Below are positions 22,221 to 33,618 of a DNA stretch of 64,000 nt, one piece after another. Source of the stretch: Acidiferrobacterales bacterium (GTDB lineage: Bacteria; Pseudomonadota; Gammaproteobacteria; Acidiferrobacterales; SPGG2); assembly GCA_046760105.1 (NCBI GenBank), contig JBHIDJ010000006.1, forward strand, positions 3,197 to 67,196, written 5' to 3'. Numbering within the stretch: position 1 is the first letter of the stretch; every line of letters starts with the position of its first letter. The notes beneath the pieces are model-generated. The model saw nothing but the letters and a program-made list of their open reading frames with translations, was not told where the DNA came from and did not search any database. Both the position numbers and the translations under genes were made by a program.

Positions 22221-22547
22221 ATGAGAAAAACGCTGTTGAGTCTTGTTGTCAGCCTCGTATTAGCCAGCGCTGTTTGGGGGCAGGAGCGACCCGAGGATGT
22301 GCTACGGGCGGCGCAAGCGGGAGACCCGGAAGCCCAGTTGGAGATGGGGATCCTGTATGAGTTCGGCTTCTTTATGGAGGGCAACGACATCCCCGCACTG
22401 GCCTGGTATATGCTCGCCGCCAAGCAGGGCAACCAGAGGGCCGTAAAGCGGCGGGATCTACTGATGACCCGGATGAGCCAACCGGACATCGACCAGGCCC
22501 GCTCACAGAGCGGGCAACTGCTGCATAGCCAGCCTGACATGCAATAA
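22221..22547 (+). CDS. small secreted Sel1-repeat protein
   Basis: SD AAGGAGG sits 8 nt upstream of ATG 22221. Signal peptide MRKTLLSLVVSLVLASA. Sel1-like AQAGDPEAQLEMGILYEFG...AWYMLAAKQGNQRA. Confidence 0.7.
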   Translation: MRKTLLSLVVSLVLASAVWGQERPEDVLRAAQAGDPEAQLEMGILYEFGFFMEGNDIPALAWYMLAAKQGNQRAVKRRDLLMTRMSQPDIDQARSQSGQLLHSQPDMQ

Positions 22548-22730
22548 GGCCCGGATACACCCGCCATAAGCCCCATCGTGGCTAGGCCATCATCGGGCTG
22601 TACAAGCATACCCAACTGTTAACCGCCACCGGTTCGCGCATGCAACCGGCGTTTGGCGTGCAACGGCTGCCCCAGTTCTGGGCAGGTTAGAACTGCAATG
22701 CGATGATAGGAGCTGCTCGCCGGCCTCGTG

Positions 22731-22760
22731 TTGACCCCTTAATACCGTGACATTTATACT
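22731..22760 (+). promoter_or_regulatory. candidate sigma-70 promoter of the atp operon
   Basis: TTGACC (22731-22736), 18-nt spacer, TATACT (22755-22760), about 50 nt upstream of atpI. Found by motif inspection only. Confidence 0.35.
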
Positions 22761-22810
22761 GGCCGCGAATAGGCCACCGCGGGTCCATGGAATAACGATA
22801 CTCAAGGCGA

Positions 22811-23200
22811 ATGGGCTACGCAGCCGCTTTGTTATCAAAAACCGTCCGCCGCGTTGCATTCGTCCAGTCCCTGTTAGTTCTGCTTGTCGCTACGGCGTCG
22901 CTGTCGGTCCAGGGATGGGATAGCGCGGTGTCGGCTTGCTACGGTGGCGTAATCAGTATTCTGTGCGCATTTTTGCTGGGATGGCGTGTTCGTCGCGCAG
23001 GCGACCTCGTCTGGCAAGGGTCGAAACTGGGCACCTTATCGCTGTGTCTGGGGATGGCGGAGCGTTTTGGCATCGCGCTTGTCGGTTTTGCTTTTGGCAT
23101 CGGGGTGTTGCACTTGCCGGCGGTGCCACAGGTCGCCGCCTTTGCCTTGAGCCAGTTTGCGTACTTTGCCGCGGTAAAACCTCCTTCACCGGGGTATTAG
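22811..23200 (+). CDS. atpI: ATP synthase protein I
   Basis: 129-aa hydrophobic protein directly upstream of atpB, the size and position typical of AtpI. Confidence 0.75.
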   Translation: MGYAAALLSKTVRRVAFVQSLLVLLVATASLSVQGWDSAVSACYGGVISILCAFLLGWRVRRAGDLVWQGSKLGTLSLCLGMAERFGIALVGFAFGIGVLHLPAVPQVAAFALSQFAYFAAVKPPSPGY

Positions 23201-23228
23201 TCGAGCTGGGAGTGACCTTCAGGGTTGA

Positions 23229-24053
<825 letters not shown>

Positions 24054-24097
24054 CCAGTTTTTCAAACTTCGTTCGAAATATAAAAAGGAGACCGCCA

Positions 24098-24382
24098 ATG
24101 AGTCCTGAATCGATCGCCTTGATCTACGCTTACACCGCCATGGGCGTGGGAGCCCTGCTGGGCCTCGCAGGGATCGGCGGTGCTATCGGCTGGAGCGTGA
24201 TTGCCTCCAAGTACGTCGAGGGAATCGCCCGTCAACCCGAGATGCGCCCGATACTCATGCTGCAAACGTTTATCTTCGGCGGTCTCGCGGAGGCGATCCC
24301 GATCATCGGGGTGGGTATCGCTATGTGGTTCGTGTTCGCCAACCCGTTTCTCGCGGGGGCACAGGCGACCGTTGGCGGCTAA
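24098..24382 (+). CDS. atpE: F0F1 ATP synthase subunit c
   Basis: ATG 24098 preceded by AAAAGGAG. GIARQPE loop and FGGLAEAIPIIG carboxylate helix. Lies inside a longer track ORF (23921..24382). Confidence 0.93.
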   Translation: MSPESIALIYAYTAMGVGALLGLAGIGGAIGWSVIASKYVEGIARQPEMRPILMLQTFIFGGLAEAIPIIGVGIAMWFVFANPFLAGAQATVGG

Positions 24383-24416
24383 TAAATCTCGATAAAATAA
24401 CGACCGGAGACCTTCG

Positions 24417-24887
24417 GTGAACGTCACAGTCACACTCATCGTCCAGATCATCACTTTCGGCCTCCTGGTATGGTTCATCATGCATTTCCTTTGGGGGCCG
24501 CTGACCAACCTGATGGAAGAGCGGCAGCACCGTATTGCGGACGGCCTAGCGGCCGCAGAGAAGGGCAAGCACGACCTGGAGCTGGCGGAAAAGCGTGCAA
24601 TCGAAGCGTTGCGTAAAGCCAAGGCGCAGGCGTCGGACATCATCACCCATGCCGAGCGGCGTGCCGCCGAGATCATCGATGATGCCAGGGGTGAGGCGAA
24701 GACCGAAACGGAACGCATCCTTACTGCGGCTAAGCAAGACATTGAGCAGCAGAGCAACCGCGCGCGTGAAGAGTTGCGGGGATCGTTAGCCGAACTGGTG
24801 GTTACGGCCGCATCCAAAGTGCTCGAAAAGGAAGTCGATCCCAAGGCCCATAGCCGACTGCTGGACGACACGGTCAAACAGCTCTAG
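24417..24887 (+). CDS. atpF: F0F1 ATP synthase subunit b
   Basis: MNVTVTLIVQIITFGLLVWFIMHFLWGPL TM followed by a long charged helix. GTG start. Confidence 0.93.
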   Translation: MNVTVTLIVQIITFGLLVWFIMHFLWGPLTNLMEERQHRIADGLAAAEKGKHDLELAEKRAIEALRKAKAQASDIITHAERRAAEIIDDARGEAKTETERILTAAKQDIEQQSNRAREELRGSLAELVVTAASKVLEKEVDPKAHSRLLDDTVKQL

Positions 24888-24901
24888 ACGACAAGAAACC
24901 T

Positions 24902-25438
24902 ATGGCTGAGACGAAGACGCTTGCACGCCCTTATGCCGAAGCGGTATTCAGTTTGGCCAAAGAGCGCGACGAGTTAGACAAGTGGTCCGACATGTTAGGC
25001 CTGATGGGCAGTGTTGTGACTGACGAGCGGGTAGCGCGATTGACAGACGACCCGCAGGTGACCAGGGACTACTTCACCGGTTTGCTGCTCGACATCGGCG
25101 GTGATCGTTTGACTGCAGACGGAAAAAATTTTGTGCGCCTGCTGGTGGACAATGATCGCATTGGTCTGCTGCCGGATATCGTCATGCAGTTTGAGCAATT
25201 CAAGGCAGAGGCCGAGGGTATTGTTGAGGTCGAGGCGGTTGCCGCGTTCAAGCTCGATAAGGGGCAGATGGCGAATATTGAGCACGCCATGAAAAAGAAG
25301 CTCGGGCGTGAGGTAAGGTTAACCGCTACCGTAGACAAGTCGTTAATTGGTGGCGTCATCATACGTGCCGGTGATTTGGTGATCGACGGTTCGGTCACCG
25401 CTCGGCTACGTGAACTAGCGTCACAGTTGAATCAGTAA
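24902..25438 (+). CDS. atpH: F0F1 ATP synthase subunit delta
   Basis: [13 protein letters not shown]...[21 protein letters not shown], typical OSCP/delta ends. Confidence 0.93.
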   Translation: MAETKTLARPYAEAVFSLAKERDELDKWSDMLGLMGSVVTDERVARLTDDPQVTRDYFTGLLLDIGGDRLTADGKNFVRLLVDNDRIGLLPDIVMQFEQFKAEAEGIVEVEAVAAFKLDKGQMANIEHAMKKKLGREVRLTATVDKSLIGGVIIRAGDLVIDGSVTARLRELASQLNQ

Positions 25439-25448
25439 GGGAATAGCC

Positions 25449-26993
25449 ATGCAACAACTACGTTCAACCGAGATCAGCGATCTCATCAAGCAAAAGATCG
25501 AACGCTTTGAGGCTAAGGCCGAAGCCCGCAATGAGGGTGTCATCGTCGGGCTGACGGACGGCATCGTCCGTATTCACGGCCTGTCCGACGTGATGCAGGG
25601 CGAGATGATTGAATTCCCGGGAAACACTTTTGGTTTGGCGCTGAACCTGGAGCGTGATTCGGTGGGCGCCGTGATCATTGGTGATTACCAACATATCTCC
25701 GAGGGCGACCGCGTGAGTTGTACCGGACGCATTATGGAGGTGCCCGTCGGTGAGGCACTCATCGGGCGTGTGGTGGATCCATTGGGGCGGCCGATCGATG
25801 GGCGTGGGGCACTCGAGACGGCGGAGACGTCGCCGCTGGAGAAGATCGCGCCGGGGGTTATCTCGCGCCAATCCGTATCGCAGCCGGTGCAGACGGGACT
25901 GAAGTCTATTGACTCCATGGTGCCCATCGGTCGGGGACAGCGTGAGCTCATCATTGGCGATCGCCAGACCGGCAAGACGGCATTGGCCGTTGACACCATC
26001 ATCAATCAGAAGGGACAGGATCTCGTTTGCATTTATGTCGCTATCGGGCAGAAGGCCTCGTCGGTGGCCAACGTGGTAAGAAAGCTCGAAGAGCACGATG
26101 CAATGAAGCATACGATCATTGTCGCTGCCACGGCGGCGGAGTCGGCCGCGCTGCAATATGTGGCGCCCTACAGCGGTTGCACCATGGGCGAGTACTTCCG
26201 CGACCGCGGCGAGGACGCGCTTATTATCTACGACGACCTGACCAAACAGGCGTGGGCGTACCGCCAAATGTCGCTACTGCTGCGCCGCCCGCCAGGGCGT
26301 GAGGCCTACCCGGGCGATATCTTTTATTTACATTCGCGTCTGTTGGAACGGGCCGCTCGCATTAATGCCGAGCACGTTGAGAGGATCACCAATGGCAAGG
26401 TGAAAGGCAAAACAGGCTCGTTGACGGCCCTGCCGATTATCGAAACCCAAGCGGGTGACGTATCGGCCTTTGTACCGACGAACGTGATCTCTATCACGGA
26501 CGGGCAGATTTACCTCGACACCGACCTGTTCAACGCCGGTAGCCGGCCTGCCATTAACGCCGGTTTGTCGGTGTCACGCGTCGGCGGTGCGGCGCAGACG
26601 AAGATCATCAAGAAACTGGGCGGTGGCGTGCGCTTAGCGTTGGCACAGTTTCGCGAGTTGGCTGCATTCGCGCAGTTCGCGTCCGAGCTCGACCCTGCTA
26701 CCCGCAAGCAAATTGAGCGCGGGCAGCGCATCACCGAGGTCATGAAGCAGCCGCAATACTCGCCGATGACAGTGGCCGAAATGGCGGTGTCTCTCTATGT
26801 TGCCAACGAAGGATATCTTGACGATATAGAAGTTCTCAAGGTGTGTGCGTTCGAGGATGCATTGCAGCCATACATGAGATCCAAGCGGGCCGATCTCATG
26901 GACAAGATCAACCGCGAAGCCGACTACACAGATGAGATTGCCGCTGAGCTGAAGGTGGCTGTGGAAGACTTCAAGGCCAATCATACTTGGTAA
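25449..26993 (+). CDS. atpA: F0F1 ATP synthase subunit alpha
   Basis: 514 aa. [16 protein letters not shown]-loop, [11 protein letters not shown]. Confidence 0.98.
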   Translation: MQQLRSTEISDLIKQKIERFEAKAEARNEGVIVGLTDGIVRIHGLSDVMQGEMIEFPGNTFGLALNLERDSVGAVIIGDYQHISEGDRVSCTGRIMEVPVGEALIGRVVDPLGRPIDGRGALETAETSPLEKIAPGVISRQSVSQPVQTGLKSIDSMVPIGRGQRELIIGDRQTGKTALAVDTIINQKGQDLVCIYVAIGQKASSVANVVRKLEEHDAMKHTIIVAATAAESAALQYVAPYSGCTMGEYFRDRGEDALIIYDDLTKQAWAYRQMSLLLRRPPGREAYPGDIFYLHSRLLERAARINAEHVERITNGKVKGKTGSLTALPIIETQAGDVSAFVPTNVISITDGQIYLDTDLFNAGSRPAINAGLSVSRVGGAAQTKIIKKLGGGVRLALAQFRELAAFAQFASELDPATRKQIERGQRITEVMKQPQYSPMTVAEMAVSLYVANEGYLDDIEVLKVCAFEDALQPYMRSKRADLMDKINREADYTDEIAAELKVAVEDFKANHTW

Positions 26994-27008
26994 CATTGGA
27001 TTGTTGTA

Positions 27009-27869
27009 ATGGCGGTCGGTAGAGAGATACGAAAAAAGATCAAGAGCATCCAGAACACGCAAAAGATTACGCGTGCGATGGAGATGGTAGCGGCAAGCAA
27101 AATGCGCCGGGCGCAAGAGCGTATGAGTGCCGCCCGACCGTATGCCGACAAGATGCGCAATGTCATCGGCCATCTGCACCATGCGCATCCTGAATACCGA
27201 CACCCATTTTTCACGGAGCGCGAGGCCAAGAACGCAGGTCTCATCGTTGTGACCACGGATCGTGGTTTGTGCGGTGGACTCAATACTAATGCGTTGCGTA
27301 CGGCGCTCGAAACGATGAGAGAGTGGGACAAAAGGAACGTCAGCACTCAGCTGTGCTGCATCGGCACCAAGGGTTTAACGTTTTTCCGGCGCATCGGCGC
27401 AAACATCCGTTCGGAAGTTACCCACCTCGGCGATACGCCGCGGGTGGAAGACCTTATCGGTACCGTCAAGGTGATGTTGGATGCGTACGTCGACTCAGCC
27501 ATTGATCGCCTACACATCGTTTACAGTCATTTCATAAATACTATGAGCCAGCGGCCAGTGATCGAACAGCTATTGCCGCTTCCAGGAACGGAGGAAGAAG
27601 AGCTGACACATTACTGGGATTATATCTATGAGCCGGACGCGCAAGAGGTTGTCGATGATCTGTTGCGGCGTTACATTGAAGCGCTGATCTATCATGCTGT
27701 AGTCGAGAATCTGGGGTGCGAGCAGTCGGCGCGCATGGTCGCGATGAAGTCGGCCTCGGACAATGCGGGCAAACTTATCGACGAGTTTACGTTGAAATAT
27801 AACAAGGCGAGGCAGGCGGCGATTACACAAGAGATTTCCGAGATCGTCGCTGGCGCAGCAGCCGTCTAA
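27009..27869 (+). CDS. atpG: F0F1 ATP synthase subunit gamma
   Basis: [32 protein letters not shown] and C-terminal [20 protein letters not shown]. Confidence 0.97.
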   Translation: MAVGREIRKKIKSIQNTQKITRAMEMVAASKMRRAQERMSAARPYADKMRNVIGHLHHAHPEYRHPFFTEREAKNAGLIVVTTDRGLCGGLNTNALRTALETMREWDKRNVSTQLCCIGTKGLTFFRRIGANIRSEVTHLGDTPRVEDLIGTVKVMLDAYVDSAIDRLHIVYSHFINTMSQRPVIEQLLPLPGTEEEELTHYWDYIYEPDAQEVVDDLLRRYIEALIYHAVVENLGCEQSARMVAMKSASDNAGKLIDEFTLKYNKARQAAITQEISEIVAGAAAV

Positions 27870-27870
27870 A

Positions 27871-27967
27871 AGTCTAGTTGCAAGTAGCAAGTGGCAAGCG
27901 ACAAGGAGCAGGCCAGGAACAGGGACCATGTCCGGTTTTTCTTGCTACTTGAAACTTGCTACTCGCT
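27871..27967. repeat. heptamer-array inverted-repeat element, GCAAGTA/CTTGCTA family, copy 1 (atpG-atpD spacer)
   Basis: Left units are ttgcaag tagcaag tggcaag cgacaag gagcagg. Right units are tcttgct acttgaa acttgct actcgct. A perfect 11-bp inverted repeat pairs caagtagcaag (27881-27891) with cttgctacttg (27941-27951). Starts 2 nt after the atpG stop and ends 3 nt before the atpD SD AAGGAGG. Confidence 0.85.
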
Positions 27968-27971
27968 GTAA

Positions 27972-29356
<1,385 letters not shown>

Positions 29357-29357
<1 letters not shown>

Positions 29358-29449
29358 AAAGCAGTAGCAAGCGCCAAGTAGCAAGTGACAAGTGAAACAC
29401 CCAAATTTGGTTTTCTTGCTACTTCACAGTTGAAACTTGAGACTTAGTT
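29357..29449. repeat. heptamer-array inverted-repeat element, GCAAGTA/CTTGCTA family, copy 2 (atpD-atpC spacer)
   Basis: Left units are gtagcaa gcgccaa gtagcaa gtgacaa gtgaaac. The centre holds the 10-bp palindrome ccaaatttgg. Right units are ttcttgc tacttca cagttga aacttga gacttag. Inverted repeat aagtagcaag (29376-29385) with cttgctactt (29415-29424). Fills the spacer from the atpD stop to the atpC ATG. Confidence 0.85.
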
Positions 29450-29872
29450 ATGGCGATGACCATGCATGTGGATATCGTGAGCGCCGAAGAGGAAATCTAC
29501 TCGGGCACGGCAGAAATGGTGTTCGCGCCTTTGGCGACAGGCGAGGTGGGGATACTGCCGCGCCACGCGCCGCTGATCGCGCGTATGAGGCCGGGCGAAG
29601 TGCGCGTGCGCAAGGGTGGTGAGGACCAGTTTTTCTATGTCTCGGGTGGGCTGCTAGAGGTACAGCCGCATGTTGTGACGGTGCTTTCGGATACGGCGGT
29701 ACGCGCCAAAGATCTCGATGAGGCGGCTGCGGTAGAAGCCCAGCGCCGAGCGGAGGAGGCGCTCAAAGACAGAAAAGCGGACATCGATTATGCCAGGGCG
29801 CAGGCAGAGTTAATCGAGGCCACCGCCCAACTACGCATGATTCGTCGCCTGCGCGAGAAGCTCAAGAAATAG
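29450..29872 (+). CDS. atpC: F0F1 ATP synthase subunit epsilon
   Basis: [43 protein letters not shown], the typical epsilon N-terminus. Confidence 0.95.
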   Translation: MAMTMHVDIVSAEEEIYSGTAEMVFAPLATGEVGILPRHAPLIARMRPGEVRVRKGGEDQFFYVSGGLLEVQPHVVTVLSDTAVRAKDLDEAAAVEAQRRAEEALKDRKADIDYARAQAELIEATAQLRMIRRLREKLKK

Positions 29873-30199
29873 CCCTGGCCATCTTCTCCCCGATCATCGC
29901 GGCCCGAATGCGTGGCAGCCTGCGTCTAGCCGCCAAGCGCTTGTAGTACGCAACAATTGAAATGATTGCTCACCAGCAGTCACATAACCAATTGAAAAAT
30001 ATAGGATTATCTGAGTGGGGGAGGTCTGCCAGGGCAAGCGCTGCGAGGTGTCACGGTGCCCTACAGTGCAATCGTCTTGCCCCCACACGGCAATGCGCGA
30101 GAAACTATTCAAGCATACCGTACGGCTGCTATTTTTTGATTAAGGGCTTAGCTTGAACGCGCTGTAATAGACAGTACACCACGTCACCCCGACAACGTC

Positions 30200-31570
30200 A
30201 TGACGCTAGAGGCTATTATTCTCGCCGCGGGCCAGGGCACACGCATGTATTCGGATACCCCCAAGGTATTGCATGATCTGGGCGGCAAACCGTTGCTTGT
30301 TCACGTGCTCAATACCGCCGCGAGCCTCGAAGCGCAAACCATTCATGTCGTGTATGGTCATGGGGGCGAACGTGTACGCGACTGTGTAGAGGGCAACGAC
30401 TTAAACTGGGTATTGCAGGCCGAACAGAAGGGCACAGGCCATGCGCTGATACAGGCATTACGTGACGTCGCAGACGACGCCTTGGTGCTAGTGTTATACG
30501 GCGATGTGCCATTGATACAGCGCGAGACGTTGACGGCTCTCGTGAAGGCAGCCAGTGACGACAGGTTGGCACTTGTTACTGTCGAACTCGACGATCCTAC
30601 CAGTTACGGGCGAATCATCCGTGACGCTGAAGGCAGGGTAGTGAAAATCGTGGAGGAAAAGGATGCAAGCACCGATGAGCGCGCGGTACAAGAAGTCAAT
30701 GCGGGGTTCCTCGCGGCGCCGGCGGGCAGGCTCAAGTCTTGGTTAGCAAACGTGGATAACCAAAACGCGAAGGGCGAGTATTATCTAACAGACGTTATCG
30801 CAATAGCTGCCGCCAGTGGCTTCAGCATTGCTACCTGCAAACCGCGCTCGACTTGGGAAATAAGGGGTGTAAATAATAAATTGGAACTGGCACAGCTTGA
30901 GCGCGTATACCAGCAGCAACAGGCACAGGTACTGATGAAGCAAGGTGTTACACTGCGAGACCCGACGCGATTCGATCTACGTGGTCAGCTTAAAGCAGGT
31001 CGTGACGTCGTGATTGATGTCAATGTAGTGCTGGAGGGAGAAGTCGTTTTAGGCGATAGTGTGCAAATCGGACCCAATAATTTTCTACGGAGCTCATCCA
31101 TCGGCGCCGCCACCGTAATTCTCGCCAATTGCGTCATTGAGGAATCAGTTGTGGGACGCAACTGTCAGATTGGGCCGTTTGCGCGGTTACGTCCCGGACC
31201 ACAGATCGCCGATCAAGCACGCATCGGGAATTTCGTCGAGATAAAGAAATCCGAGATCGGCGAAGGCAGCAAGATCAATCACCTGAGTTACGTCGGTGAT
31301 ACGGTAGTGGGCAAGAATGTCAACATTGGTGCGGGTACCATCACCTGCAACTACGACGGCGCCAACAAGAACCAGACAATCATTGGTGACAATGTTTTTA
31401 TCGGTTCCGACGTGCAGCTGGTGGCGCCGGTAACCGTCGGTGAAGGCGCCACCATCGGCGCGGGCTCGACGATAACCAAGGACGCACCAGCGGGGCAGCT
31501 GACCCTGAGTCGTGCCGAGCAACGGACGCGAAAGGGGTGGAAAAGGCCGGTTAAGAAAAGTAAATCGTGA
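30200..31570 (+). CDS. glmU: bifunctional UDP-N-acetylglucosamine pyrophosphorylase / GlcN-1-P acetyltransferase
   Basis: ILAAGQGTRMYSDTPKVLH N-terminal NTP-transferase motif and C-terminal left-handed beta-helix hexapeptide repeats (NVNIGAGTITCNYDGANK). Confidence 0.97.
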   Translation: MTLEAIILAAGQGTRMYSDTPKVLHDLGGKPLLVHVLNTAASLEAQTIHVVYGHGGERVRDCVEGNDLNWVLQAEQKGTGHALIQALRDVADDALVLVLYGDVPLIQRETLTALVKAASDDRLALVTVELDDPTSYGRIIRDAEGRVVKIVEEKDASTDERAVQEVNAGFLAAPAGRLKSWLANVDNQNAKGEYYLTDVIAIAAASGFSIATCKPRSTWEIRGVNNKLELAQLERVYQQQQAQVLMKQGVTLRDPTRFDLRGQLKAGRDVVIDVNVVLEGEVVLGDSVQIGPNNFLRSSSIGAATVILANCVIEESVVGRNCQIGPFARLRPGPQIADQARIGNFVEIKKSEIGEGSKINHLSYVGDTVVGKNVNIGAGTITCNYDGANKNQTIIGDNVFIGSDVQLVAPVTVGEGATIGAGSTITKDAPAGQLTLSRAEQRTRKGWKRPVKKSKS

Positions 31571-31759
31571 GCCGTGTATCATGACTCGTGAAACCGTGAG
31601 TTGTGAACCGTGGATTGGGTAGCAAGGGAAGGCTCACAGTTGTGCATCAAGACGCTCCTGATTAGTTGCTTACGACTAACGAATCACGAATTACGACTCA
31701 CGACTAATGACTAACAACTCGCGAATTACGACTCACAAATCACAACTAACGACTTACGA
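31564..31759. repeat. heptamer-array inverted-repeat element, TCGTGAA/..TAACGA family, copy 3 (largest; glmU-glmS spacer)
   Basis: The right arm is 13 contiguous heptamers at 31669-31759: cttacga ctaacga atcacga attacga ctcacga ctaatga ctaacaa ctcgcga attacga ctcacaa atcacaa ctaacga cttacga. The left arm at 31564-31613 carries the complementary word: atcgtga gccgtgt atcatga ctcgtga aaccgtga gttgtga accgtgg. It spans from the glmU stop to the glmS SD. Confidence 0.9.
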
Positions 31760-31767
31760 GGTGTACT

Positions 31768-33600
31768 ATGTGTGGCATTGTTGGTGCGGTTAGTCAGCGC
31801 AGCGTAGTACCGATCCTGCTTGAGGGGCTCAAGCGTCTCGAATACCGCGGCTATGACTCCGCTGGCGTGGCGGTATTGGACAGCCAGAATAGTATTGAAC
31901 GCTTGCGCACCGTAGGTAAAGTAGGAGTGCTTGAGGAGGCGATTCGAGAGAACGAGCTCAGCGGGGCCACCGGTATTGCCCATACGCGTTGGGCGACGCA
32001 CGGTGTACCTAGCAAAGATAACGCTCATCCGCACATGTGCTATGACCGCTTGGCGGTGGCACACAATGGAATCATTGAAAATCACGAAGCCTTGCGAGCG
32101 AAACTCGAAGACCTTGGCTACCAGTTTGCCTCACAAACCGACACCGAGGTTATTGCCCATCTGATCGATCACCACCGGACTGAGCATCCTGATCTACTCG
32201 CGGCGACGCAAGCGGCGATTCAGGAGCTCGAAGGCGCGTACGCCATTGCTGTGTTGAGCCACGATGAGCCTGAACGCATCGTCGGCGCGCGCAAGGGCAG
32301 CCCACTCGTCGTCGGTATCGGTGTCGAGGAGCACTTCTTGGCTTCGGACGTGTTGGCGCTTGCACCGGTGACCCGGCAGGTGATCTATCTAAACGAGGGT
32401 GACGTGGTTGATCTGCACCGGACGAGGTGCGCTGTCTACGGTGTTGATGGTAAGCAAGCGGAACGCGCGGTACGTGTGTCAAAAACGTCGGCCGACGCCG
32501 TAGATCGTGGCCAGTACCGCAACTTCACGCAAAAAGAGATCTTCGAGCAGCCGCAAGCGCTAGCGGATACGCTCGAGGGGCGCATAGGCAGCGATCGTAT
32601 CCTCGAACGGGCGTTTGGTGTCAATGCGCCGGCGGTTTTTGATGCGGTGGAGGCGGTGCAGATTATTGCCTGCGGAACCAGCTATCATGCAGGGCTGGTC
32701 GTCCGCTATTGGTTGGAAAACTTGGCAGGGTTGCCGTGTGCGGTGGAGATTGCCAGCGAGTTTCGTTATCGCAAACACGCCGTAAGGCCCAATACGCTCG
32801 TTGTGGCCATCTCCCAGTCCGGCGAGACAGCAGATACGCTTGCGGCCGTGCAGTATGCGAGGTCGCTCGGATTGGAACGTACGCTGGCGATATGCAATGT
32901 CCCGGAAAGCTCTCTCGTGCGGGATTCGGATTTGGTGTTATTCACGCGTGCTGGACCGGAGATCGGTGTGGCGTCGACCAAAGCGTTTACCACGCAGCTG
33001 GGCTCCTTATTGTTGCTCGTGGTCGCGCTGGCGCGTCGTCACGGACTTACGCCGCAGCAGGAGCAGGCAATCGTCGCGGAATTGGAGCAACTACCCGGGC
33101 ACCTGAGCGCGGTGTTGGCGCTGGACGACAAAATCAAACAGCTGGCCGAGCGTTTTGTGGACAAACATCACGCGTTGTTCTTGGGGCGCGGCGTGCAATT
33201 CCCGATTGCACTCGAAGGTGCGCTGAAGCTGAAAGAAATCTCGTACATCCACGCCGAGGCGTACGCCGCGGGCGAACTCAAGCACGGGCCGCTGGCGCTG
33301 GTAGATGCGAACATGCCGGTGGTGGCGGTGGCGCCGAACGATGACCTGCTGGAAAAACTGAAATCCAACCTCCAAGAGGTACGGGCACGCGGTGGTGAGC
33401 TGCTGGTATTCTCGGAGGCGGGGGCGGGGGTGCGCTCGGAGAACGGCACGACCATCGTGCAGATACCCGCAGCCGGTGAGTTCACGGCGCCGATTCTTTA
33501 TGTCGTGCCGTTACAACTCTTGGCCTATCATGTCGCGGTGGTCAAGGGTACCGACGTCGACCAGCCGCGCAATCTCGCCAAATCGGTGACGGTGGAGTAA
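31768..33600 (+). CDS. glmS: glutamine--fructose-6-phosphate aminotransferase
   Basis: MCGIVGAV (N-terminal catalytic Cys), two SIS domains, C-terminal [13 protein letters not shown]. Confidence 0.98.
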   Translation: MCGIVGAVSQRSVVPILLEGLKRLEYRGYDSAGVAVLDSQNSIERLRTVGKVGVLEEAIRENELSGATGIAHTRWATHGVPSKDNAHPHMCYDRLAVAHNGIIENHEALRAKLEDLGYQFASQTDTEVIAHLIDHHRTEHPDLLAATQAAIQELEGAYAIAVLSHDEPERIVGARKGSPLVVGIGVEEHFLASDVLALAPVTRQVIYLNEGDVVDLHRTRCAVYGVDGKQAERAVRVSKTSADAVDRGQYRNFTQKEIFEQPQALADTLEGRIGSDRILERAFGVNAPAVFDAVEAVQIIACGTSYHAGLVVRYWLENLAGLPCAVEIASEFRYRKHAVRPNTLVVAISQSGETADTLAAVQYARSLGLERTLAICNVPESSLVRDSDLVLFTRAGPEIGVASTKAFTTQLGSLLLLVVALARRHGLTPQQEQAIVAELEQLPGHLSAVLALDDKIKQLAERFVDKHHALFLGRGVQFPIALEGALKLKEISYIHAEAYAAGELKHGPLALVDANMPVVAVAPNDDLLEKLKSNLQEVRARGGELLVFSEAGAGVRSENGTTIVQIPAAGEFTAPILYVVPLQLLAYHVAVVKGTDVDQPRNLAKSVTVE

Positions 33601-33618
33601 GGTTCAAGCTATCTGCAC

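Noticed and set aside
29873-30199. 327-nt atpC-glmU spacer with a direct repeat caattgaaa (two copies about 35 nt apart) and two roughly 65-72-aa ORFs
   Set aside because: The repeat is short, no hairpin/T-run terminator or known RNA motif was recognised, and the ORFs lack SD and homology. This is probably just the atp terminator/glmU promoter region. It would be worth including in an Rfam scan.
31669-31759. Possibility that the tandem short repeats are a CRISPR array or mini-array
   Set aside because: The units are 7 nt and directly abutting, with no spacers. There are no cas genes or leader, and the arms are mutually complementary. The architecture is incompatible with CRISPR.
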